DNA of 58,922 nucleotides from Candidatus Staskawiczbacteria bacterium RIFOXYB1_FULL_38_37 (GCA_001822075.1 MHPK01000006.1:124977-183898), one strand, 5' to 3'; numbered from the stretch's first letter, positions 29,210 through 38,171 are shown. Translations and numbers: made by a program. Notes: generated from the sequence alone by a model not told the origin.

Positions 29210-29410
29210 ATGTCAGGTATGAGTATGTTCCCGTCGTGGATTGGGATGGTTCCCAATGTCGTTATACAAATCGTCGTCACGTGCCCTGTCTGCTATGTGG
29301 AGTTTGCTCTGACAGGAGCGAAGTTGCGATGCCCAAACGAACATCTATACCCCAACGCAGAGGAGGCTCTTCGCAAGGCGGCGAAGGATCAAAGCAAAGA
29401 CGACAAATAA
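29210..29410 (+). CDS. small Zn-ribbon-like hypothetical protein
   Basis: CPVC...CPNEH; GAGG RBS, consensus promoter upstream, terminator near 29443-29468. Confidence 0.55.
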   Translation: MSGMSMFPSWIGMVPNVVIQIVVTCPVCYVEFALTGAKLRCPNEHLYPNAEEALRKAAKDQSKDDK

Positions 29411-29466
29411 GTCGTCGCGACCCGAGTATGTGGCTAACTGCTCCCCAACACATGTTGGGCTTTTTT

Positions 29467-30987
29467 TTACTGATTTTCTATAAAAGAACTGATTACTTTT
29501 TTTATTTCTGCTTCGGTTTCGTCTGTGATTTGTCTTTCTTTTTTGATTGTTTCCAATAAATCTTTATGCAAGTTTTCAATATATTCAAAAAACTTTTTCT
29601 CAATTTCTTGCATTTGTTCCGGCTGAAATTTATCAAAATATCCGTTTAGCGCCGCATATAAAACCAAAACCTGTTTTTCAAAACTTATTGGAGCTAAATC
29701 TGACTGCTTTAAAATTTCTGTAATTATTCTGCCTTTTTGAATTCTTTCTTTTGTGGCTTGGTCAACATCAGAAGCAAACTGCACGAATGTTTGCAATTCT
29801 CTAAATTGAGCAAGCTCTAATCTTAATTTTCCAGCAACTTTTTTCATTGCTTTTGTTTGCGCCGAACTGCCTACGCGCGAAACCGACAAACCAACGTTAA
29901 CCGCAGGCCTTGTTCCTTGATAAAATAAATCTGACTCTAAATAAATTTGTCCGTCTGTGATTGAAATTACGTTTGTGGGAATGTAAGCTGTAACGTCTCC
30001 CAGCTGTGTTTCAATAATTGGCAAAGCTGTTAAACTGCCCCCTCCCTTCTCCTTTGATAATTTGGCTGACCTTTCCAGCAATCTTGAATGCAAATAAAAT
30101 ACGTCGCCAGGATACGCTTCTCTTCCAGGTGGCCTTCTTAACAATAATGAAATTTGCCTGTATGCCCAGGCGTGCTTTGAAAGGTCGTCATAAATTACAA
30201 GGGCGTCTTTTCCTTTATCGCGAAAATATTCTCCAATTGCGCACCCGGCAAAAGGAGCCAAATACCAAAAAGCAGCCGGACTTGAAGCTGAGGCCGACAC
30301 AACAATTGTATATTCTAAAACGTTATTTTGTTTTAATGTCTCAACTATTTTTGCGATTTTTGATTCTTTTTGTCCTACTGCAACATAAATGCAAACCGGC
30401 CTATTTTCTTCTTTAAGTTGGTTTATAATTGTGTCTAAAACAATTGCTGTTTTTCCTGTCTGCCTGTCGCCGATTATAAGCTCCCTCTGCCCCCTGCCTA
30501 TAGGAATCATAGAGTCAATTGCTTTTATTCCTGTGTGCAAAGGATAATTAACCGATTCACGGGCCAAAACATTTGGCGCATCGTTTTCTAAATTATAAAA
30601 TTCTTTTTTATCTTTCTCGCTAAATATCGGCCCCTTGCCGTCCAAAACATTTCCCAAGGGGTCAATTACTCTGCCCAGCAATTGCTCGCCCACTTGCAAA
30701 GACAAAAGCTGGTTTGTTCTTTTTACTGTTTGTCCCGATTTAATATGAGAGGCCTCTCCTAAAACTAAAGCTCCAATAGAATCTTCTTCCAAATTAAGCG
30801 CTACGGCGAAGACCCGTTCTCCGCTGCTTTCTACAGATAAAACTTCCAAAGCTCCGGCATTTTTTAATCCGGATATTTTTAATATGCCGTCTCCGGCTTC
30901 AACAACCTTGCCGACTTCTTCCCATTCGGGATTGTCTTTATAGCCCTCAATGGACTTTTTTATTTTTTCTAAAATCTCATTTGACAT
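29467..30987 (-). CDS. atpA: ATP synthase alpha subunit
   Basis: [42 protein letters not shown]. Confidence 0.99.
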   Translation of the reverse strand: MSNEILEKIKKSIEGYKDNPEWEEVGKVVEAGDGILKISGLKNAGALEVLSVESSGERVFAVALNLEEDSIGALVLGEASHIKSGQTVKRTNQLLSLQVGEQLLGRVIDPLGNVLDGKGPIFSEKDKKEFYNLENDAPNVLARESVNYPLHTGIKAIDSMIPIGRGQRELIIGDRQTGKTAIVLDTIINQLKEENRPVCIYVAVGQKESKIAKIVETLKQNNVLEYTIVVSASASSPAAFWYLAPFAGCAIGEYFRDKGKDALVIYDDLSKHAWAYRQISLLLRRPPGREAYPGDVFYLHSRLLERSAKLSKEKGGGSLTALPIIETQLGDVTAYIPTNVISITDGQIYLESDLFYQGTRPAVNVGLSVSRVGSSAQTKAMKKVAGKLRLELAQFRELQTFVQFASDVDQATKERIQKGRIITEILKQSDLAPISFEKQVLVLYAALNGYFDKFQPEQMQEIEKKFFEYIENLHKDLLETIKKERQITDETEAEIKKVISSFIENQ

Positions 30988-30989
30988 AT

Positions 30990-31361
30990 TTAAAATATAT
31001 TATTAATTTTCGTTAAAATTGTCTGGTCTAATTGTTTTTCGCTGTCAACTATTATTTTAATTCCTGCAATCAAATCTTTATTTATTTTTTCTTCAACAAT
31101 GTCTCCTTCATCAATAAACTTTAAAAGCATTTTTTTCTGGCCAGCAGATAATTTTCTGGCTGTTTCAAAAAAAACAGACTTTTTTCCGTTTTTCTTTGCC
31201 GATAAAAATTTGGCAGTGTTTAGAATTTCTTTTGCTTTTTTAATGTCACCCTGCCTTTCTAAAAGCCGTAGAAAACCCTGGGTTATCTGTTCTTCATTAA
31301 AATTTTTGTCAGATAAAATTTCAGCCAATGCTTTGGCATATTCTTTAGTTTTATACTTCAT
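30990..31361 (-). CDS. atpH: ATP synthase delta subunit (short CPR type)
   Basis: YAKAL at N-terminus; C-terminal [11 protein letters not shown]; operon position. Confidence 0.8.
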   Translation of the reverse strand: MKYKTKEYAKALAEILSDKNFNEEQITQGFLRLLERQGDIKKAKEILNTAKFLSAKKNGKKSVFFETARKLSAGQKKMLLKFIDEGDIVEEKINKDLIAGIKIIVDSEKQLDQTILTKINNIF

Positions 31362-31851
31362 TTATTTCTGATACTGCTTTTTTAATAAGGGCATCGTCTA
31401 TTGCCTCGGGTTTTAATTCAACTGTTTTTATTATTGCTTTTTTAACCAGCTCGCCGGCTTGAGATAAAACAAGCTTTTTGTTTTCTTCCAGCTGTTTTTT
31501 AAGCTGATCCTGCAGTTCTTTCTGAAGCTGAACTTGTTTTTCTTCATTTTTCTTTTGCAATTCGCGCTCTAAAATTTTGGATTTTTCTTCGGTGTTTTTT
31601 ATTATATTTATAGATTCGGCTTCTGCCTCCTTAATTTTTCCTTTGGCTATGTTATCAACTTCTTTTAACCTTATACCCGCTTGTTCTGCTTTTTCTAAAC
31701 CCTCTTTTATTTTTTGGCTTCTTTCTTTTATAACTTTAATTAAGGGCTTGTAAACAAAAAATGTCAGCACGATTAAAATTACAAAAAAGTTAATCGCCTG
31801 CCATAAAAACAGGCTCCAATTTATTCCAAGTTGTTCTAAAAGCTCATTCAT
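31351..31851 (-). CDS. atpF: ATP synthase Fo b subunit
   Basis: LGINWSLFLWQAINF...KPL...ERSQKIKEGL. Confidence 0.92.
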   Translation of the reverse strand: MNELLEQLGINWSLFLWQAINFFVILIVLTFFVYKPLIKVIKERSQKIKEGLEKAEQAGIRLKEVDNIAKGKIKEAEAESINIIKNTEEKSKILERELQKKNEEKQVQLQKELQDQLKKQLEENKKLVLSQAGELVKKAIIKTVELKPEAIDDALIKKAVSEINEV

Positions 31852-31862
31852 GATTTCATCAA

Positions 31863-31921
31863 CGAATTACGAATCCATTACGAATTTACGAATTCGTACA
31901 TTCGTAGAAATTCGTAATTCG
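31863..31921. repeat. nested palindrome built from TACGAAT units (atpE-atpF spacer)
   Basis: 12-bp terminal IR CGAATTACGAAT/ATTCGTAATTCG; central TACGAATTCGTA. Confidence 0.85.
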
Positions 31922-31927
31922 ATGATG

Positions 31928-32158
31928 TTACACTACGAATTTTACTATCAACGAGACAACTAAAGCGTAAATAGCAATAGCTTCGGCAAAAGCAATAGCT
32001 AAAATAGCCATTGTTTGCACTTTTGAGGCTGATTCTGGGTTTCTGCCAATTGCTTTTAGGGCAGTTGAACCTATCCAGCCAATTGAAATTGCAGGGAAAA
32101 TTGTTCCCAATGCAATTGCCCCTACTACGGCTAACGTGCGAATTGATTCTGCATCCAT
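31928..32158 (-). CDS. atpE: ATP synthase Fo c subunit
   Basis: AIGRNPE; AFAEAIAIYAL (carboxylate Glu). Confidence 0.97.
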   Translation of the reverse strand: MDAESIRTLAVVGAIALGTIFPAISIGWIGSTALKAIGRNPESASKVQTMAILAIAFAEAIAIYALVVSLIVKFVV

Positions 32159-32167
32159 TTTTTTAAA

Positions 32168-32268
32168 AATTTTAAATTCTCAATTTTAAATTTTAAATGA
32201 AATATTTAATTTTAAAACATTTAATCATTCAAAATTGATTTAAAATTTGTTATTTATAATTTAAAATT
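32168..32268. repeat. diverged AT-rich intergenic repeat (atpB-atpE spacer)
   Basis: Shares TTTTAAATTCT and TAAAATTTGTTATTTA ends with copies 1 and 2; boundaries approximate. Confidence 0.6.
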
Positions 32269-32276
32269 AATATTAT

Positions 32277-33008
32277 TTAGTGTTCGTGTTCTGCAGTATG
32301 TAAAGAAATTGAAACCAGTGTAATCATTGCAAATATAAATGCCTGTATCAAACCGACAAAAATTTCCAAAAACAAAAATGGCAAGGGAATAAAATATGGC
32401 GCCAGAAAAAAAATAATGGTTAACAGAACTTCACCAGCAAAAACGTTTCCAAACAGCCTGAAAGTCAGAGAAATAATTTTTGCAATTTCAGAAATAATTT
32501 CCAATATGCCTATAAAAAAAGTTATCGGATTTTTAAAATTAAGATATTTTCCAAGGTGTTTGAATACCCCGACAGACGTCATTCCTATTATATTTGTAAC
32601 TATCACCGATATTACTGCAAACGCCAACGTAAAATTTAAATCACTGGCCGGAGAGCGAAAAAGAGGCACATGTTCTGAACCGTTATAAAAAGTTAAAGAG
32701 CCAACTCCGGGAAATATGCCCAAAAGGTTTGAAACTAATATAAAAATAAAAATTGTGGCAACTAATGGAAGATATTTTTCGGCTTTTTCCATAGAGCCGA
32801 GCACAGATTCCATTAGCCCAAGCAATGATTCCAGCCCCATTTCAACTGTGCCCTGCAATTTCCCCGGAATAATTTTTACCTTGCTTCTTATAACAACAGA
32901 AAAAACTATCAAAACAAAACCTGCAACCAAAGTCAGTAAAATAGCATTGGTAATATAAAACCCTCCTATATGAAATAATTCTTGCGCCCTTAATGATATT
33001 TCTTCCAT
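32277..33008 (-). CDS. atpB: ATP synthase Fo a subunit
   Basis: SLTFRLFGNVFAGE, GLIQAFIF. Confidence 0.97.
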   Translation of the reverse strand: MEEISLRAQELFHIGGFYITNAILLTLVAGFVLIVFSVVIRSKVKIIPGKLQGTVEMGLESLLGLMESVLGSMEKAEKYLPLVATIFIFILVSNLLGIFPGVGSLTFYNGSEHVPLFRSPASDLNFTLAFAVISVIVTNIIGMTSVGVFKHLGKYLNFKNPITFFIGILEIISEIAKIISLTFRLFGNVFAGEVLLTIIFFLAPYFIPLPFLFLEIFVGLIQAFIFAMITLVSISLHTAEHEH

Positions 33009-33104
33009 TTTTTAAGTTTTTGCAAAACAAAAAAATCAAGTTTTATTATACGCCTGTTTTTTATAAATTGCAATAGAAAAAAATTTGGAGAAAGCTTGGA
33101 ACAG

Positions 33105-33464
33105 CTAAAATTTAAAATTTTCGGCAAAAAAACCGATTAAAGGCAGAGGTTTTTCAACTCCGTTAACCGCATTTATAATGCCCATAATCAGCAATACGAT
33201 TATAGCTATATCTAAAATTGGAGCTATCAAAATGCCTATTACAGGAAGCGCGCTAATAATAAGCCATGCCAAAACTGCTGCAATAAAAAGCACCATCCCC
33301 TGCTTTACATGATATTTTACAAAAGGGTCATCTTTTGCATCTGTGAGCAAGGGAACAAAAAAAACTATGTAGGCTATTACAGCCATCATCGTATTTTTGC
33401 CTTTACCGGGTTTAGCTCCCGGCTGCTGGGACTGCTGGCCTGAGTTTTGAGTTGTTTGATCCAT
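33105..33464 (-). CDS. DUF4870-like membrane protein
   Basis: DPFVKYHVKQG; GIINAVNG.EKPLPLIG. Confidence 0.8.
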   Translation of the reverse strand: MDQTTQNSGQQSQQPGAKPGKGKNTMMAVIAYIVFFVPLLTDAKDDPFVKYHVKQGMVLFIAAVLAWLIISALPVIGILIAPILDIAIIVLLIMGIINAVNGVEKPLPLIGFFAENFKF

Positions 33465-33531
33465 ATATTTTAAACTTTAATTATAATTAGACTTATTTTA
33501 TTGTACTACAAATTCCATATTTATGCCTCTG

Positions 33532-34008
33532 TTAAAAAACAAAATTTATGCCCAAAGCTCCAAGATACATAACAGAAGCCACAATCATGCCAGAGCACAA
33601 AATTCCCAGAAAAATAGCAAAAACAGATTTCCAAAAAGGAAGGCCTAAAATATAAGCTGCTATTACCCCGCTCCAGGCGCCTGTAAACGGAAAAGGTATT
33701 GCCACAAAAATAAAAAGCGCCAAAAGTTTCCAGTCCCAATCTTCAAAATTGCTTTTTTGCTTTTTTTGGAACCTTTCAAAAAGCCAGTTCATAAACCGGT
33801 TAAAAAAATAAAACTTGTGGCTCAAATATTCAGAAAATTCTCTCAGAAAATAAAGAAACGGAATTACAGGCAGCATATTCCCAAAAATTCCAAGCAAAAG
33901 CGCCTTGTAAATCGGAAAATGATAATGCACAACAGCAAAAGGTATTGCCCCTCTTAGCTCAAGCACCGGAGACGCCCCTAAAAATATTGTAATAATTTCA
34001 GCTGACAT
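33532..34008 (-). CDS. putative small multi-drug export family membrane protein
   Basis: PVLELRGAIP; FVAIPFPFTGAWSG. Confidence 0.88.
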   Translation of the reverse strand: MSAEIITIFLGASPVLELRGAIPFAVVHYHFPIYKALLLGIFGNMLPVIPFLYFLREFSEYLSHKFYFFNRFMNWLFERFQKKQKSNFEDWDWKLLALFIFVAIPFPFTGAWSGVIAAYILGLPFWKSVFAIFLGILCSGMIVASVMYLGALGINFVF

Positions 34009-34035
34009 ATAAAATTATTATACCATAAAAAAACT

Positions 34036-34626
34036 TTATAGCTTCTTAAGGCCTGCGCCTATGATATAAAGCTCTTTGCTTTGTTTCATTACAGCTTTTG
34101 GCCTGAATCTTTTTGAAAAATCAAAATGCTTTTCAAGTTTTACAAAAAAATCTGCGGTTGACGAGCTGTCAAAAATTTTGCACACAAAGCTTCCTCCGGG
34201 CTTTAAAAATAATTTTACCAGCTCAAAAGCTTTTTCAACAAGCTCCAATGATTTTCCTGCGTCAACAAAAGCCACACCTGTTGTTTTGGGAGCCATATCA
34301 GAAACAACAATATCAAACACTTTGCCCTTAATATCTTGTTTTTCTAAATCAAAAACGCTTTTTTTTATAAAAACGATATTGTTTTTTAAAGGTATTTTTA
34401 TTTCTTCTGTATCAACGCCCACAACAAGCCCCGAATTCCCTATTTTTTCAGAAATATACAAAAGCCACGAACCAGGAGCTGAACCTAAATCTAAAACCCT
34501 GTGGCCATTTTTGAATATCTTATACTTTTTATCTATTTCTTTTAATTTATAAACAGACCTGGCAGGATAATTCTGTTTTTTCGCCAACTCTGTATAAAAT
34601 TCAGATTTTCTGCCTTTTCTGTACAT
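34036..34626 (-). CDS. rlmE: 23S rRNA Um2552 methyltransferase RlmE/FtsJ
   Basis: RSVYKLKEID, VLDLGSAPGSW, VSDMAP, FVCKIF, S+ELY. Confidence 0.93.
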   Translation of the reverse strand: MYRKGRKSEFYTELAKKQNYPARSVYKLKEIDKKYKIFKNGHRVLDLGSAPGSWLLYISEKIGNSGLVVGVDTEEIKIPLKNNIVFIKKSVFDLEKQDIKGKVFDIVVSDMAPKTTGVAFVDAGKSLELVEKAFELVKLFLKPGGSFVCKIFDSSSTADFFVKLEKHFDFSKRFRPKAVMKQSKELYIIGAGLKKL

Positions 34627-34633
34627 TATTTCT

Positions 34634-34798
34634 TTATTTCTTTTTCCAGTCTCTGATTATTACGCACCCTTTGCCGCGGGTAATTGCTAATTTCTGATGC
34701 TCTTTCCAATCCAAAGAAGCCACAATGTCTTTTGGCAAAGTCACATATATTGTGCCCCGTCCGGTTTTTGTCAGTTTTCTTATATTTTGATTTTTCAT
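34634..34798 (-). CDS. AbrB/MazE/SpoVT-family DNA-binding protein (54 aa, below ORF-track cutoff)
   Basis: Manual translation MKNQNIRKLTKTGRGTIYVTLPKDIVASLDWKEHQKLAITRGKGCVIIRDWKKK. Confidence 0.75.
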   Translation of the reverse strand: MKNQNIRKLTKTGRGTIYVTLPKDIVASLDWKEHQKLAITRGKGCVIIRDWKKK

Positions 34799-34806
34799 AG
34801 TTTTAG

Positions 34807-34840
34807 GTAACGTTACTTGTTACGTTACCTGTTACGTTAC
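34807..34840. promoter_or_regulatory. three 12-bp-phased GTWACGTTAC repeats upstream of the AbrB-like gene (candidate operator)
   Basis: Units start at 34807, 34819, 34831. Confidence 0.6.
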
Positions 34841-35053
34841 TTTCATTTATTTTACCACAAAACAAAAAACCGCCATATAGACGGCTAAAAGATTTGAATA
34901 AAAGGCTCCTGACACTTTTCTTTCCTTCACAATACTAACTCTTATAATGAACGACCGCTTTAATTAGGAGTTGATTATAGCAGTTTAATAGCAGTTTAGT
35001 TGTGTATGAAATAAAAAAGCTGTGTAGATTTTATCTGCGCAGCCATAGTTGTT

Positions 35054-35431
35054 TTAATCCCCCTCGTTTAAGGACGGATATTGCGCTCTCATTATAGCAT
35101 CACTCGGAGACAGGGGCACATCAATTTGAATGTCAGAAATATCAATGCCCAACTCCACGCATTTTGTATAAATGGCCTTCAAAAAATCGTGGCCGTCTTG
35201 TATTCTCATTGCATGAAGTTTTTCGCCGTCAGTTGTCGCTATCACGCGCCAGAAAAGGCTGGCCATATCTTCTGCAAAATTTTGCACTTCGCCTTTTCCG
35301 AGCGGTAAATCATAATACTCTTTCCATTGTTCTTCACCCGCCATTCCGTGCCACTCTTCAAAAATCATCTCTGATTCAAGGTTAACTTTTGACACTTCTC
35401 GCATAGCATCAATAAATTCGCCGTATTTCAT
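35054..35431 (-). CDS. hypothetical protein
   Basis: 125-aa ORF with AAGGAG RBS. Confidence 0.6.
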   Translation of the reverse strand: MKYGEFIDAMREVSKVNLESEMIFEEWHGMAGEEQWKEYYDLPLGKGEVQNFAEDMASLFWRVIATTDGEKLHAMRIQDGHDFLKAIYTKCVELGIDISDIQIDVPLSPSDAIMRAQYPSLNEGD

Positions 35432-35490
35432 CGCGCGTCTCCTTGGTTAAAAAAATTATTTTTCAAAAAGAAATGACTAGAAGCACAGCC

Positions 35491-35850
35491 CTAAAAAAGC
35501 TGGAGGCCTTCTTCTTCGGTTTTAACGATTTCAAAGTGCTTATTTAATCTTGTGATTGCGAAAACCTCGTATACTTCTGGGATAATCCCGCAAAATACGA
35601 GGCGACCTTGATGCGTCTTGACATTCTTTCCAAGAGCGATGAGTTTCCCAAACATAGCAGAAGACATAAACTCTACCATGCTGAAATTAATAAGAATTTT
35701 TGTGCGATTTTCTGTATCGACCAGTTCGAGGAGTCGTATCCCGATGTCTCTGATTTGTAGATCTTTAAAGATATGTCTACACACAAATGTCACAATCGTA
35801 ACATCTCCGATTTCTCGCAGCTCGAAATAATTTTCTTTTGCCGTTAACAT
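35491..35850 (-). CDS. STAS-domain anti-sigma factor antagonist
   Basis: ILINFSMVEFMSSAMFGKLI (phospho-Ser motif), VYEVFAITRL; AGGAGG RBS; promoter TTGACA-17-TACACT at 35913-35941. Confidence 0.9.
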   Translation of the reverse strand: MLTAKENYFELREIGDVTIVTFVCRHIFKDLQIRDIGIRLLELVDTENRTKILINFSMVEFMSSAMFGKLIALGKNVKTHQGRLVFCGIIPEVYEVFAITRLNKHFEIVKTEEEGLQLF

Positions 35851-36177
35851 GACAAAACCTCCTTGAAAAGAGCTGAAATTAGTTTTCCGAACGGAAAACT
35901 AAACTTAATTATAGTGTATATTTATTGTTTCCGTCTGTCAAACCCTTCGACGTGGCTCAGAGTAAACAAAAAGCCGTAACTAGTACGGTTAAAAGATTTT
36001 TAAAAAAGTCCTGACCCCATTCCAGCAGAGCTGATTAGAGCCATTCCAGCTGGTTAGAAACACGGCCCGTAAATTCTTCGCATCCTTGCGAGTTCTTTCT
36101 ACCACTTTTTCCATCGGGCTTCTCTTTGTCTCTTAGTTAAAAGTTTTTTCTTTGCCATTGCAGAGCTCCTAATTGAG

Positions 36178-36225
36178 GGGTCAGGGGGGATAAAGGGGTC
36201 AGGGTCAGGGGGGATAAAGGGGTCA
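36178..36225 (+). repeat. perfect 2x24-bp G-rich tandem repeat (G-quadruplex-capable, REP-like)
   Basis: (GGGTCAGGGGGGATAAAGGGGTCA)x2. Confidence 0.85.
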
Positions 36226-36326
36226 GGTACCTTTAACTTTTCTCTTTCTTATATTTATCCTATCAAAAAACCGCTCCCCCAGCCCTTGAAAATTTTGTTT
36301 TTGTTTAGTAATATAAAATTACACAT

Positions 36327-36631
36327 TCCGGTGTAGCTCAGCGGTAGAGCGACTCCCTGTGAAATAAGTATTGCAGCCTTCCACAGCAATGTGGAATGGA
36401 AAAACGAGGTGAATTCGGGGAAGTCCCGACGATGTCGCGGATAATCCCGAGCCAAGCCACGATTTTAAAAAAATCGCGGGAAGGTGTAGAGACTATCCTT
36501 TTTAGGAGTAGTCCCATCAAACGGGACGAAGCGCCTCGCACCCTTTAAGGGTGATGATATAGTCCACCCCCAATGGCAACATAGGGATAAGTGTAAGGAG
36601 TGGGTCGTAGGTTCGAATCCTACCACCGGAG
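36327..36631 (+). tRNA. trnN: tRNA-Asn(GTT) interrupted by an intron (exons 36327-36360 and 36594-36631)
   Basis: Joined exons give a canonical cloverleaf TCCGGTG/CACCGGA, anticodon loop CT-GTT-AA, G73; CCA not encoded. Confidence 0.93.
36361..36593 (+). ncRNA. 233-nt group I intron at tRNA position 35/36
   Basis: 5' exon ends in U, intron ends in G; core elements AATTCGGGGAA (P), AATCCCGAGC (Q), GTAGAGACTA (R), GATATAGTCC (S); no ORF. Confidence 0.9.
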
Positions 36632-36644
36632 CAAAGTGGGATTT

Positions 36645-36667
36645 GCCCCGCCAACGGCGGGGCTTTT
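36645..36667 (+). terminator. intrinsic terminator after tRNA-Asn
   Basis: GCCCCGCC-AAC-GGCGGGGC-TTTT. Confidence 0.8.
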
Positions 36668-36671
36668 CTCT

Positions 36672-37622
36672 TTATTTTATATCTTTTCTTTCAAGCACAT
36701 CAAAACCATCGGCGATTGCCTCGCATAAAAAGTCTTCCAACTGGCTTTGATCTTCTTTTGTTTGCGCCTTGTAGAGATACGTGTAGTAAAGCTGTTTCTG
36801 CTGCTGTTTGATTATTGCCGGAACAAAGTTGTATTTCAAAAGCATGGCAGTCATTAACAATCTGCCTACACGACCATTGCCGTCTGAAAATGGATGAATC
36901 TGCTCAAACTTGCTGTGGACTTTAGCTATCAACAAAATAATATCGTCTGTCTTGTTTGCCGCATCTTTCATAACAAGTAGCATTAATTTAGGAACGTTCA
37001 GATAATTGGCAGTGGGCAAATCTGTGCCCCTAATTCTTACTGCGTGGTCTCTGTATTTGCCTGCATCTGGGCGCACTCCGTTCATCAAAATGCTGTGCAA
37101 CTTAACAACCATTTCTTCGTTTATTTCTCCCATTTTAGAGATGTAGTCAAACAAATAATTCAAAGCTGTCTGATGGTTTTTTGCCTCCAGTTGTTCTGTT
37201 AAGCTTTTATTTGGCAGGGCAATATTATCAAAAATAACTGCGGCTGTGTCTTTTTCGTTCAACGTACTGCCTTCAATGCTGTTTGAGTTGTAAGTAAGCT
37301 TTAATATAAACTGGTCGCGGATATCCGGGTTTGTCAAAATCTCGCCAACAATATTTTTGTGTTGAAACGATTTTTGTTGCAATGCTTGTTTTTTTGCAGT
37401 CAAAACATCTGCCGGAATTATTTTCTGACCCGTGACTTCCAAAAACAATTCGTCTATTGTTGCCTGCATTTTTGCACGGGGAGTGGATTTGCCATTCCAC
37501 CAGCTGTTTAGGGTTGCAAAAGACACGTCAAACCTATGGGCCAGTTTGGCTTGAGTCAGTCCGAGCATCCTTCTTATAATTTCTAATTTTTGTTTTAATG
37601 TCATATAATGTGATATTATCAA
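36672..37622 (-). CDS. XRE-HTH plus Fic domain protein
   Basis: LTQAKLA...VSFATLNSWWNG; SNSIEG; HPFSDGNGRVGR; start may be 37604. Confidence 0.93.
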   Translation of the reverse strand: MIISHYMTLKQKLEIIRRMLGLTQAKLAHRFDVSFATLNSWWNGKSTPRAKMQATIDELFLEVTGQKIIPADVLTAKKQALQQKSFQHKNIVGEILTNPDIRDQFILKLTYNSNSIEGSTLNEKDTAAVIFDNIALPNKSLTEQLEAKNHQTALNYLFDYISKMGEINEEMVVKLHSILMNGVRPDAGKYRDHAVRIRGTDLPTANYLNVPKLMLLVMKDAANKTDDIILLIAKVHSKFEQIHPFSDGNGRVGRLLMTAMLLKYNFVPAIIKQQQKQLYYTYLYKAQTKEDQSQLEDFLCEAIADGFDVLERKDIK

Positions 37623-37664
37623 ACTTTATATAGTTAGTCAAATAGCGTAAAACTATATAAAGTT
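37622..37664. promoter_or_regulatory. 14-bp perfect inverted repeat over the fic promoter (candidate operator)
   Basis: AACTTTATATAGTT-15bp-AACTATATAAAGTT. Confidence 0.7.
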
Positions 37665-37700
37665 ATGATATACTGCAATAATATGACTAAGATGCATGGG

Positions 37701-37826
37701 TTATAATTTTTTGAACAAAAAGTTGAAAACAGGCGCTTTGTCTTCCAGCATATCCACGGCTGCGTTCAGTTCGTAGGATTTACTACAACCGCTTAGAATA
37801 ACAGTTCGAAGTTCACGCGCCGCGGT
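37701..37826 (-). pseudogene. 3' gene remnant containing the left 27-bp direct repeat
   Basis: Start-less open frame ...RELRTVILSGCSKSYELNAAVDMLEDKAPVFNFLFKKL*. Confidence 0.35.
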
Positions 37827-37856
37827 CTACGAAAATTAAATTTTTAATATTTGCCT

Positions 37857-38171
37857 TCATTGTACGTTAAATTTTTTTCCGAGAGTTGTTTGGAGTATGT
37901 CTAATGTGGCCAACACTGAAGGATTATTGGTGTTTTTTAGAATTAATTTGTCTCCGTAGATATTCAAAAGCGGAGTGAGAAATTCATCTCCCCATGAAGG
38001 CGAAAAGGTTAAAACACCTGTAAAATCAACCTCAACATTTTCGCCTTCTTTCATCTCTCTCAAAATTGGTTGTATTGCTAAGTACGCCTCTTTGCCCGTT
38101 TGCCTTGAGATTAATGTGGTTCCAATTTTTTTTAGTTCTATAATCATAAGTATGATATAAATGCTAAGCAA
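37857..38171 (-). CDS. DUF4325 STAS-like domain protein
   Basis: LISRQTGKEA, VDFTGVLTFSPSWGDEF; start may be slightly downstream. Confidence 0.8.
   Translation of the reverse strand: MLSIYIILMIIELKKIGTTLISRQTGKEAYLAIQPILREMKEGENVEVDFTGVLTFSPSWGDEFLTPLLNIYGDKLILKNTNNPSVLATLDILQTTLGKKFNVQ

Noticed and set aside
36054-36158. Small minus-strand ORF MAKKKLLTKRQREARWKKW*KELARMRRIYGPCF with in-frame TAG, suggesting stop-codon recoding
   Set aside because: TAG terminates bona fide genes here (DsrE, B3/4, STAS) and TGA terminates secF; a single tiny ORF is not evidence of recoding
36255-36541. Minus-strand 66- and 67-aa ORFs as a possible intron-encoded homing endonuclease
   Set aside because: Antisense to the tRNA/intron, too short, and no LAGLIDADG, GIY-YIG or HNH motifs
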